Shown here one piece after another: positions 20,395 to 33,366 of a stretch of DNA of 64,000 nucleotides. The stretch's first letter is position 1, and each line of letters opens with the position of its first letter. Source of the DNA: Hyaloraphidium curvatum SAG 235-1 (Eukaryota > Fungi > Monoblepharomycota); NCBI GenBank assembly GCA_025558095.1, contig JAIVFI010000043.1:124001-188000 (forward strand). The letters run 5' to 3'. Made by a program: the position numbers and the translations under genes. The notes beneath the pieces were generated by a model. The model saw only the letters and a program-made list of their open reading frames with translations. It was not told where the DNA came from and ran no database searches.

Positions 20395-23300
20395 ATGACG
20401 CTGCGCCGGTCAGCACTCGCCGCCGCGGTGCTGTTCGCGCTGCTGTTTGCGGCGCCCGTTGAAGCGCAGTTCGGCGTGTACACCGCCAGCGCGACGTTCA
20501 CCTCGGGCAACGTCAGCTCGTTCCGCTTCACCGCCGGCGTCTTCTGGGACACCTCGCTCAACCAGTTCACGCAGTTCTCGGCGACGTCCATGTTCATCAC
20601 AGAGCGCGGCCAGGCGGAGGCAAACTGGCTCAGCCAGCTGGACGGCTTCCGCGTCGAGAACCTGAGCGGCAACGGCCGCTGGCGGGCGACCTTCTCCAAC
20701 GTGCAGATGCTGACCGTGGCCGGGACAACGAGCTTCGAGCTCTTCATCCGCTTCGTCAACTCGCCGTCGGGCATGACCACCGGCACCGACATGACCACGG
20801 CGCTCTTCACAATCTCCTCGCTCACCTACAGCGGGCGCTGGGACGGCGCCTTTGTCGCCACAATCACCACCACGTCGCGCACCCAGACCTCGAGCACCTC
20901 GCGGACGCCCAGCACTTCCCTCACGCGGACCTCCTCCGCGACCACCTCGCGCACGCTCACCACCGCCACCGGGACCGCGACCCGCACCTCGGTGGGCCGC
21001 CCGAACAGGGATCCTTCGCGAAGAAGCTGATCCGCGGACCTCTCCCTGGCCTGCCAGACCTCGCTGACCCGGATCCCCACGAGCACCTCGCGGACGGCAA
21101 CCCCGTCGACCACAAGCCGGTCGCAGACGAGGACGGAGGTGGGATCCCGCCCGCTGCCGGCCTTGCCTGGTCCGATCTCATCCCTCCGCCCGGTCCGCAG
21201 ACCCCGACGCCGTCGACCACGTCGGCGACGGCCACCCCGTCGACAACGAGCAGGACCGCGACGTCGAGCACGGTGGGCTGCGGTGTGGAGAAGCGGATCA
21301 GTGCCTTGATCTGACCGCCGGCCGCCCGACAGACTTCGGAGACCCCGACCTCGTCCACCGCCTCGGAGACGCTGACCTCGACGACCGCCACCCAGACCGC
21401 GACCTCGAGCACGGTGCGCGTCCCCTCCGCCGTGCCTGCCACCCCCATGTGACCGTTCCCCGCCCTGCCAGACTTCGGAGACCCAAACCTCCTCCACCGC
21501 CTCGGAGACGCGCACCTCGTCCACGGCCAGCGAGACGCTCACGTCGAGCACGGCGAGCGAGACGCTCACCTCGTCCACGGCGAGCGAGACGAGGACGTCG
21601 AGCACGGTGGGCCCTGGGCGGCACCGCATGATCGGAGCCCGGGATTGACCGTCCACCCGTCTGCAGGCCACAGAGACGCGGACGTCGTCGACTGCTTCGC
21701 AGACGCTCACGTCGTCGACGGCAACTCAAACCCTCACTTCTTCGACGGCAACTCAAACCCTCACTTCTTCGACGGCAACCGAAACCCTCACTTCTTCGAC
21801 GGCAACCGAAACCCTCACTTCTTCGACCGCCACCGAGACGCTCACGTCGACCACCGCCACCCAAACGCAGACGTCCTCCACGGTCCGTCCTTTGCGCTCG
21901 CCGCCCGCCTCCGATCTGACGCCGCCCCGTCTCGGCAGACCTCAGCGACGCAGACACCCTCCACGAGCTCCAAGACCGCGACGACCAGCGAGACGCTGAC
22001 GTCCAGCACGGTAAGCCCGGGTCAGGCCCTCGGATCAGCTCGGGCTGATCATTGGCACGTTTGCGCGGCCAGACCTCGCGGACACCCACGACGCTGACCG
22101 TGTCGCAGACGCTGACCTCGTCGTCCACGAGCAGGACGCAGACTTCGAGCACGGTGGGTCTCCTGCGTCCTGTGCGGAAGCGTGGGCCCGGGGCTGACGA
22201 GCGCCGCGGGTCGGCAGACCTCCGCGACGCAGACCCCGTCGACGAGCTCCGAGACGGCCACGTCGTCCACCGCCACGCAGACGCTCACGTCGTCCACGGC
22301 GAGCCGGACGCTGACTTCGAGCTCGGTGGGCTTGAGCTGGCGATCGGATCTGTTGGAGCTGACCCTTGCCTGCCTTGCCAGACCTCGCGGACGCCGACAA
22401 CGCTGACAGAGTCGCAGACGCTGACTTCCACGACGACGAGCAAAAGCCAGACGTCGAGCACGGTGGGTATCAAGGGCCGTTTGGGGATCCGAATGCGGAT
22501 CTGACAAGGCGGCCCGACAGACTTCCGAGTCGCAGACTCCGTCCTCCACGTCCCAGACGCTCACGTCGTCCACGGCCACCCAGACGGCCACGTCCTCCAC
22601 CGCCAGTCAGACGCAGACTTCCAGCACGGTACGCGCCCGTGCCGGGTGGCCGGATCCTGCCCGTTCTGATCATTTGCGCGCCCGCCCAGACCTCCCGGAC
22701 GGCGACGACGCTCACCGTATCGCAGACGCTCACCTCATCCACCACGAGCAGGACGCAGACGTCCAGCACGGTGGATGCTCGTGAATGTGCCCGGTTCCGG
22801 CCTCGGATCTGACCTCCTGCCTGCCTTGGCAGACGTCCGAGTCGCAGACGCCTTCGACGACCTCGAAGACGGCCACCTCGTCCACCGCCAGCGAGACTCT
22901 CACCTCGACGACCGACACCCGGACGGCGACTTCCAGCACGGTGGGCCCGATCCGGATGGCGCGATCCGCTCGGAACAAACGTGACTTCCCCGCCCGACCA
23001 GACCTCGCGCACGCCGACGACATTGACGGCGTCGCAGACGCTCACTTCGTCGACGACCAGCCAATCGCAGACGTCCAGCACGGTGGGTTGTCGGCGGCTC
23101 GAGTGGACGCAGGCCCGGGTCTGACGCGCCCGGCAGACCTCGGATACCCAGACACCGTCGACCACGTCGCGGACACCCACGACGTCCAGCGCCAGCCGGA
23201 CGCCGACTTCGAGCACGGTGCGTCCCGCGGATCCGGCCGGAGGAGCCGTCTGACTTGCGCGTTGGCGTTCAGGCCTCGGAGACCCAGACCTTGTCCAGCA

Positions 23301-24505
23301 CGTCGCAGACCCTCACGCCGTCCAGCACAAGCGTGACGGCAACATCCGCGACGGCGACCGCGACTCCGTCCAGCACGAGTGCGACGGCTACGCCCAGCAC
23401 GGTACGGTCGTGCAGCGGCGCCACCTGACCTCGTACTGATCTGCCGCAGACGTCGCAGAGCCAGACTCTTTCGCAGACGCTCACGCCGTCCAGCACCAGC
23501 GAAACGGCGACCTCCTCGACGGAAACTGCGACGCCCTCCAGCACCAGCGCGACGGCGACTCCGTCCAGCACCAGCGAAACGGCCACCCCGAGCACGGTAG
23601 GATCGCGCCCGCCGCGGACCTGCGCCGCCTGACCATCCCTTCCAGACCTCAAGCACCAGCGGCACGGCCACGCGGACGCCCACCCCGTCGACCACTTCCG
23701 CGACGCCGCAGCCGACCACCTCCACCGAGACCGCGACGGCGACGCAGACGCGCCAGGCGCTGGGCCTGACGACGACGAGGGCGCCGACGACCCGCCGGAC
23801 GACGCGGAAGATCGTCACGACCACGACCAAGAGGTGCGTCCTTCCAGCTGCGAGCGAACCACGATCTAACCGCCCTCCCCGATCGCAGCCCCGCCGCCAC
23901 CGGCGTCTTCCTCCTCTCCATCGCCCCCCGCTCCCGCTCCCGCGCCCTCACCTCGGGCCGCGTCTCGTGCCCCAAGGACGACCGCGCCTGCGCCCTGGCA
24001 CGATCGGGTGCGACCCCCTGGCGCGCCTTCAGGACCAACGGCACGCCGGCGTTGAGGGTTGCCGTGGGGGATACGATCACCCTGCGGCGGTGTCCGAGGT
24101 CGGGAGGGCAGACGTGCTTGTCGGTGGATACCAAGGGCTGTGGGTTTCCCGCACCGCGTTCTGCGGGGACGGTGCTGACGGTCCGATCGCAGCGATTCCC
24201 TACATCTACGCCGCCACGTGCCAGGCCAACCGCGCCGCCCGGGATTTGTCTCCGAACTGGGCGACCAGGCCGGCAATGCAGCGTTTCCAGGTGATCGCGT
24301 CCACGTCAAGCGCCAGCCAGTACCGCCTGCGCGCATCGGACGGGCGGTGCATAGGCATCGACGTGGGTATCCTGCCGAGTTCTTCCTGCCTCGGTGCTGA
24401 TCGGACGTTGGCGTGCAGGCGCGGGGCAAGCTTCTCCTCGTGGCGTGCCGCTCCGGCTCCGCGTCGTCCTTCACCTTCCCCCGCGCGCCGTCTCAAACAT
24501 GCTAA
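20395..24505 (+). CDS. Secreted mucin-like protein: signal peptide, N-terminal beta-rich domain, long Ser/Thr stalk encoded by about 16 phase-0 micro-exons, C-terminal ricin-B-like (beta-trefoil) lectin domain; about 20 introns
   Basis: MTLRRSALAAAVLFALLFAAPVEA signal; repeated AGCACG|GTGGG...CTGAC...CAG|ACC exon-intron units; C-terminal GQTCLSVD, QRFQV, GRCIGID, LLLVAC. Confidence 0.7.
21700..21850 (+). repeat. 27-bp coding tandem repeat (ATQ/ETLTSST)
   Basis: GACGGCAACTCAAACCCTCACTTCTTC-like units, about 5 copies. Confidence 0.85.
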
Positions 24506-24744
24506 CTCTTCCAGCGCAAGGGCGCCGGGATCACGGAGAGCGGATCGGGGACGGGAGGACCGGGAGCGGGAATACCTTTGTCGATACGACGATTAGATTA
24601 CCTCCGTCCCACCATGCTCTTAGCGTCCCTTCCGGGTCTCATCTTCCCGTGTGGCTCCCGCTCCCGCGTGCCCCGCTTTTCGGAAGGTCCGCGAGGATGC
24701 CCGGCGCGACTTCGGGCCCTGCACTGCGGTCCGGCACGGACCGA

Positions 24745-25212
24745 TCATCCGGGGCAGAAGCTCTCCAGCGTCAGCACGAGCCCCGCCGACCTGAGCAGCG
24801 TCCACATCCCCAGGAACAGCGTGGCCATCCCCACCACCAGGCTCCTCAGGAACCCCCACCCGACCGCGAACCCGAACATCTCGGCCCGCAGCCCGTCCAC
24901 GTCCGCGAAGGACTCCAGCACCCTCCTCGATCCCGTCACCTCCCCCGCGAGGAGGCAGAGACGACGAGGGACGTCCAGAGGAAGAAGATGCCGCCGCCCA
25001 CTTCGGTTGCCATGAGCATGAAGGCGTGGGAGGCGGAGTAGCGCCCGTCGTTGCGGAAGCGAGCAGCGGGAAGTAGAAGCCTATCCAGCCGAGGAAGTAG
25101 GTCGCGAAGAAAGCGCGGGTCCGGATGGCGAGAAGTTGGGCAGGACCGCGGCCCACTCCGCCGCGGTGAAGTTCGGAGGGCCCGCGTGGCCGGCCGGATC
25201 GGACCCCGCCAT
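24745..25212 (-). pseudogene. Internally deleted, frameshifted GRL/7TMIC-like family copy 3
   Basis: N-terminal GPPNFTAAEWAAVLPN matches GPDFSDREWVVLFPN of copy 2. C-terminal AEMFGFAVGWGFLRSLVVGMATLFLGMWTLLRSAGLVLTLESFCPG*. Pieces lie in different frames and the middle is missing. Confidence 0.7.
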
Positions 25213-25395
25213 GGACGAGAGACGTGAAAATGTGCTCGACGCCCCACGTGCGTTCCACGTGCGTCCCACGGAGGTTTCTGGTTCCGCAGAAGGTTCGCGA
25301 ACCCGAGTTTCCGTCGATCACGGAGTTTCGGGTGCGACTGCAAACACGGTTCCACACTCGCCGCCGGCCATCCATCCGGGTGCCGCGACACGCAG

Positions 25396-27491
25396 ATGGC
25401 GCCGAGCGGCGGTCCAAATGATGGCGAGGGGGGCGGAGCGCGCGATGCGGTCAATGGACGGGTGCCCGACGAGGACGAGCCGGACCACGACGAGCACGCG
25501 CCGGAGGGGCGCCATCCGGACGGGCAGCCCGGCGACGGCCACCGCGCGCGAAGAACGCAGCCCGTGCGGATCCAGACCGGCACCGCCGTGCCGCTGAGCC
25601 GCGCGGACTCGGCGACGTCGCTCGCGTCGTCGGCCTCGTCGCAGGTGTCGGGCATCTCGCCCTCGCCGATCGACAAGTGGCACCGCGCGCTGCTGTCGGC
25701 GCTGTCGCCCTCGGCGCACACAGACCCGTTCGAGGGGCTGCTGCGCGCCGGCCTGAGCGCCGAGACCTGCGTGCGCTACCAGTTCGACGCGCACACGGGC
25801 TCCTGGACGCGCAAGGAGGAAATGGCCATGGTGGAACCCGAGCCGTTCGCGCGGGGCTCGCTGCGAGAATGTTTCAGGGCGAAGAAGCTCTCCAACTGGG
25901 TCGGCGAGGGCGACTGGACGCGCGCCTCGAACCTGGTGCTGAAGCACTATCACTCGGTCGCCGAGGAGCCCGCCAACGCGGAGCTCGTCAGGGCCGACGT
26001 GCGCGTGCAGATGACCGCCAAGCTGCTGGCCCAGCACTTCAACAGGCTGCACCCGCCCAAGCAGATCGACATGCTGCAGACCTTCGTGCTCTCCTTCCCC
26101 GAGAGGCCGGGCGCGCCGCACTTTTGCGCGGAGCGGTTCATCGAGGGGCCCTACGCAAAGTACAACAGCAACGTCGGGTACGTCGGCGGGTCGCCGACGG
26201 ACGACCACGTGCGCTCGACGCCCCAGGCCTTTTCGCACTGGACCTTCGAGGGCACCTTTGGCCGGCAGATGTGTGCGTGCCCCGCCCCGCGTTCTCTGCT
26301 TGCTTCCCCGGCTAATCCCGTCCGTGGGCACCGCCAGGCGTCGACGTGCAGGGCGTCGACGACCTCTTCACCGACCCCCAGCTGCACACGTACCCCGACG
26401 ACCCCGAAACTAGCGGCGGCGAGGGCGACCTCGGCATCATGGGCTACGCGCTCTTTTTCCGCACGCACAGGTGCAACGCCGTGTGCCGCATGCTCGGCCT
26501 GCAGGAGTTCGAGCGGCCGCCTCCCTCGTTGCTTTCAAACGGAACCGGCGGCTCGTCCGCCTCGGAACCCGAGTTTGCGTTCCCCCCCATCACGCCCGAC
26601 TCGACCGTCCCCCGCGCAGCCGGCACCGTCACCCTAGCCGCCATCACCCCGCGCAAGCAGCGCTTCGAATCCCTGTACCGCCGGCCCTCCCTGCAGCCGC
26701 CCACCTCGCTCCCCCGCCGGCGCTCCCTGGACCCCGCCGCCGACGGCGTCCCGCGCCGCCGCTCTGCCGCACCCAGGCCGGAGGACGCCGCGCAGCTGGG
26801 CAGCATCACCGCGCTCGCCCACCGCACCCTGGCGCGGGCGCACCTCGTCCCGGGGAAGCTCCCCGCGTTCTCCTCCGAGCACGCGGCGGATCCCGACGGG
26901 GCGGCGCTGTTCCACTACGCCGCCGCGGCGAGGATGGGCGACGCCACGTCGGCGTGGATGCTCGCGGCCGCGCACCGCCCCGACGCCCCTTCGGCGCGTT
27001 CCGCCGAGCTGGACGGGCTGGACGGCGCGGATCCCTTGCGGCTGCCGCACGTCCCTCCCGCGCAGCGCTCGGACGGGGAGGCGCTCCGCTGGGCCCGGAC
27101 GGCGGGCGAGAACGGGTCCGTGCCGGGCTGTCTCGCCGCCGCCGACGCGCTCCCCTCGCCCCCGGACCGGCTGCCCTGGCTCGAGCGCGCGCTGGGCATC
27201 CTCGCGGACCGCCGCGCGCTCCTGTCGCTCCCGGAGGACGCGGCCGGGTTCCCCGGGTTCCACGGGCGCCGCCTGCTCGCCGACCTGGCCGAGGCCGAGT
27301 CGCGGTACCCCTACTCCCCGCGGTGCGCCGAGGGCGCGGAGGAGTGGGACCTGTGCGCGGCGATCGCGGGGTGCAAGGAGGGCGAGGAGGCGGCCGAGTG
27401 GTACGAGCGGGCGGCGGAGGGGTGCGTCGAGTGCGGGATGGGGAGGAGGGCGGAGGGGTATTACAGGAGGGCGGAAAAGGCGAGGGGGTGA
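25396..27491 (+). CDS. Alpha-kinase, eEF2 kinase-like, with C-terminal SEL1-like helical region; intron 26273-26337
   Basis: PFARGSLRECF, VLKHY, ERFIEGPYAKYNSNVG, TPQAFSHWTFE, CVDVQGVDDLFTDPQLH, GEGDLG...FFRTHRCNAVC. Confidence 0.85.
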
Positions 27492-27898
27492 TGCGTCGGC
27501 GCGGGGGAGGCTAGGACACGGATGGAGGGAGGTAATCTAATCGTCAGTTTCACAACGGAATTCCCGCGCCGGCGGGACACGAGGAGGACCTGTACATCCG
27601 CCCGCGGGGCACGGAATCTTTCGTGCATCTGTGACGGGCCTTGCTTCGCGGCTTGGGCTTCATGGCGGGGAGCGCAGAGGGGTCGGGACCGTCTCGTGAC
27701 TGGCTCGTTCAATCCGGACGTCTCCATTCTCTCGATGCCCCTAGGTACAGCTAGGTACAGCGTAGGGGGATCGCAACCATCTTGGCGGCCATCGGCCCAA
27801 TTTCCTGCCTGATCGGAGGAATTGGGTAACAGCATCGCCGGATCAGGTACGGGTGACGGCCCTCAAGAATGAGAGACGAATGGACTGCGGCCGAACTA

Positions 27899-29967
<2,069 letters not shown>

Positions 29968-30249
29968 TCATCCGCACCCTGATCAGCCTGATAGGAAGCT
30001 AGAGAGCACAGGCCGGCGGTCGGCAGAGGCGATTGGGCGGAATGCGGGCAGATGCAGCCGGCCGCCCCACTGTGCCTCCCCCGGCATCCGCCGACCAAGA
30101 GATCGCCGCCTGATCCGGGTCTGTCTGCACACCAATACTCTGATCTGGGTCTTTGCCAAGGATTCCGGTAGACGTTGCCGAACTGGGGACATCCGGACCC
30201 CATACCGGAAAGACAACAAGTCAACACTCCATGCCGGCCGCCGCTCCCG

Positions 30250-31896
30250 ATGAACGATGGCCTCGCCGCGCTACCCCGCGCCGCCAACGCCAACGCGGTC
30301 ACCACCGCGCTCCTCGCGCACCCGATCGAGCACCGCCTGCTGTCGGTCGCCCGCGACGCGCGCGAGTTCGTGCTCCCGCACGCGGAAGCGTTCCGCTGCC
30401 TGCCCGTCGCGCGGAACCTGCGGTGCGGCGCGTGGTACTTCCATGGCAAGCTGCTGGGAGATGACGAGCGGTGGCGGGTCATGGACTGCTGGTTCAAGAG
30501 CGTTGGTGGGCGCTGCCGGGGGTGGTCCCTCGACAACTGCTCACGCGTTGGCAGACGGGCACTTTGGCAAGTGGAACTTTAGCCTCAAGCGGATGAACAT
30601 GGAGCTCCTCAGGGCCATCGTGCGCCACGGCGGGTCCGTGTCCCCGAACTGGCCCCGGGAACGGCGGGAACTGACTTGAGTTCTGCAGCGCCCTGGTCGT
30701 CGACTCGACGCGCCACGGCAAGCCCCTCCCGGACTCGTTCTCCAAGACCATCCCCATCTGGTGCTGCGTCGTCAACCGCGCCGCGGGCCGGCTCCGCGGG
30801 ACGGACACCGAGCTCGACGGGGAGCTCCATGTTCCGCTCTTCATCCCCGAGACGGAACGGGCGCAGATCGAGGAGCTCCTCGATTCGTTCGTAGATCGCC
30901 TGCTGGTGGGATGCCCCGCCACGCTCCCCGCTCTGCCTTCCCTGACTCCATCGCAGTCAACGGGCCCCGAAACCGCCTCCCTCCTCCTCTCCCTCCCCAA
31001 ACCCCTCCGCCCCCTCTGGTCCACCCCCGCCGCCCCCCTCCTCTCCGTCCCCTGGTCATCCGACCCCTCCGTCCTCCCCTTCCTCCCCGTAAGTCCCCCC
31101 TCATTTGCTCCCCCTCCCGCTCTGACCTTCCCGTCGGCAGGTCATCCTCCTCCAGCCCTCGGAACCGCACCCCCGCCCCGCCACCTTGCTCGGCCGATCC
31201 TTCAGGTACTTGCCCGGCGCGGGGGACGACCACGAGCACTGGTCTCGGGGGTTGGACCCCGACGGGTTCTGGGCGGACGAGGAGGCGTGGCTTGCCGGGT
31301 CGATTTCGGCGGGCAGGGGCGCGGGGAGGGCGAGGGCGGCGGGGGTGGGCGGGTTCGCGTTCCTGGGGGGGACGGGGGTGGCGGTGGGGAGCTGGATGGG
31401 GGGGATGGAGTGGGGAGAGGTGAAGGAGGCGTTCGACGCGGCGGTCAACTGCACCGACCGTGTTGTGGAGGACGCGCCGGACCGGTGGCCGCTGCTGGAG
31501 CTCGGGGTGCCGGAGGGGAAGGGGGGGAGGTGGAAACTGCAGGCGTCTTTCGGCAGGGCGGTGGCGTTCTACGGGGAGCATGGGGCGAACAAGAAGGTGT
31601 TGGTGTTCAGCGAAAGAGGTGGGACATTCGTTCCTCGGTATCCGGACTTGTGTTGACGGGGTGCCCCAGGCGATGACAGGGCGCCGGCTATCGCGCTCGC
31701 GATCCTGCTGACCTACTTCTCCCCGGACCTTGATCCCCTCCCCGCCCCGATCCGCGGGAGCGACCTGACAAAGGGGGCCGTGGAGGTCGCCATCGCGAGG
31801 ATCCAGGGGTTCTGGCCGCGATCGGCGCCGAGCGGCGCCAGCGTGCGGGCGCTGCGGGGCTGGCTTTTCGGCAGGGAGACCGGGAAGGGCAGCTGA
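30250..31896 (+). CDS. RIT1: Initiator tRNA A64-2'-O-ribosylphosphate transferase (multi-exon)
   Basis: NLRCGAWY, FKS-DGHFGKWNFSLKRMN, VDSTRHGKPLPDSFSKTIPIWCCVVNRA, YLPGAGDDHEHWSRGL. Confidence 0.85.
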
Positions 31897-32012
31897 ACGG
31901 ACTGAACGGACATGGTGGGGAGTGAACGGCTCGGTTCTCGGTTGGCAGCGTTTTTTCGTTTGTGCTAGAGTACACGGCGGGATCTTGTCCGTGGAGTAGT
32001 CCCGCGCGGGGA

Positions 32013-33163
32013 TCAGCTCCCGTCCTTTGTTGACTCCTCGTCCTCCAGCGACCGCGCAGTCGACGCGGCCTCGTCGTCCCCGATCGTCGCCCTGGCGCTC
32101 ACCAGCGCCAGGCTGACGGCATCCGACGCCCCGTCCTCGTCCTCGTCGCCCGTCACGCTGACGGTTTCCACGCGGATGCGCTTCTCCGCGGGGGCGGGGT
32201 CGGCAAAGGGCGGGCGGAGGAGCTCGTCGCAGGACGAGACGGAGGGTATCTCGGTGCCGGAGATGAGGAGGGGGAGGGGGACGGGGTGGTTGCCGGGGCG
32301 GACGGCGAGGGCGACGTCAAAGGCGGCGGCGTGCGCGGCCTCGAGCTCTGCGGGAGGCGGGAAGGTCAGAACGGAGACCGAGCTTGCGGGAGAGAGGACG
32401 CACCTTTGACGTTGTCAGAGACGAAGAGGATCTTGCCGTCGATCCCGAGGTCAGCGCGGATCTTTTCGTAGCTCGCCTTCTCCAGCTTGGGCCCGATCGA
32501 CGTGTCGTAGTGGCCCTTGATGTAGGGCAGCAAATCGCCGTGGTTCGAGAAGCCGAAAATCAGCTTCTGGCCCAGGATCGAGCCCGACGAGTAGATGTAG
32601 ATGGGCACGAACCCCTTGAGTGCCTTAAACAGGCGGACCACGTCGTCGTAGATGCTGCGGCGACCGTCAACCATGCGTCTCCGCCCCAACCGCGGCAGAA
32701 GGACCCACAAGCCCTGGATGTCGCCAGCTTCGTACCCCTCCTTCCACATCTCGCCCTGGAGCGTCTTCAGCGCCCCGCCCTTCCGGTCCCACGACATCTG
32801 CCACCGGACGTTGGCCTCGAGCCCGTCCCTCGCGTCATCGCCGTCCCCGTCGGGGATCTGCGGCGCCTGCTTCAGCCGCTCGTCCGACGACGCGGCGTCG
32901 GCCCGTGCCAGGTCCCTCAGCGCGGTTTTGTGGTGTCCGAACGCCTCGTCCCCCCAGTGCGCGTCGATGTACGGGCGGAGGTTGCGCTCTACGTACGGGA
33001 ACAGGTTCTCGTGCACGAACGACAGCGGACACAGCGTGCCCTCGATGTCGAGCACGAGCGCCGAATACGTCGGGTCGGGCGGGCCGGCATCGCTCGACGC
33101 CGAGGGGGCCACGGCGGACGACGTCGAGGGCTTGCGCTTCGTGCCCTTCGGCGCCTGCGACAT
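32013..33163 (-). CDS. UTR4: Enolase-phosphatase E1 (HAD family, methionine salvage)
   Basis: LVLDIEGTLCPLSFVHENLFPY, DRKGGALKTLQGEMW, IYSSGS..GQKLIF, ILFVSDNVKELEAA. Confidence 0.9.
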
Positions 33164-33366
33164 CGTGGAGCGCGGATGGCCTCAGACGCGTCGCCGAGAC
33201 GCGGTAGACCCTGCGAGACGCGTGTCGTTGGGGGCAAGCCGAGGAGGGCGATTGGCAACGTTGCCAAGCCGTCAGCTCTTTCACATCCGCTACGGGAGAG
33301 ACCACATGATTCGCTACGGGAGGGAGAAGCTGAATGGCTCACCATCACGTTTCTCACTACTACAAT

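Noticed and set aside
20870-23835. Regular repeat/unique alternation resembling a CRISPR array
   Set aside because: The 'spacers' are GT-AG introns with branch points and the 'repeats' are degenerate S/T-coding exons; no cas genes.
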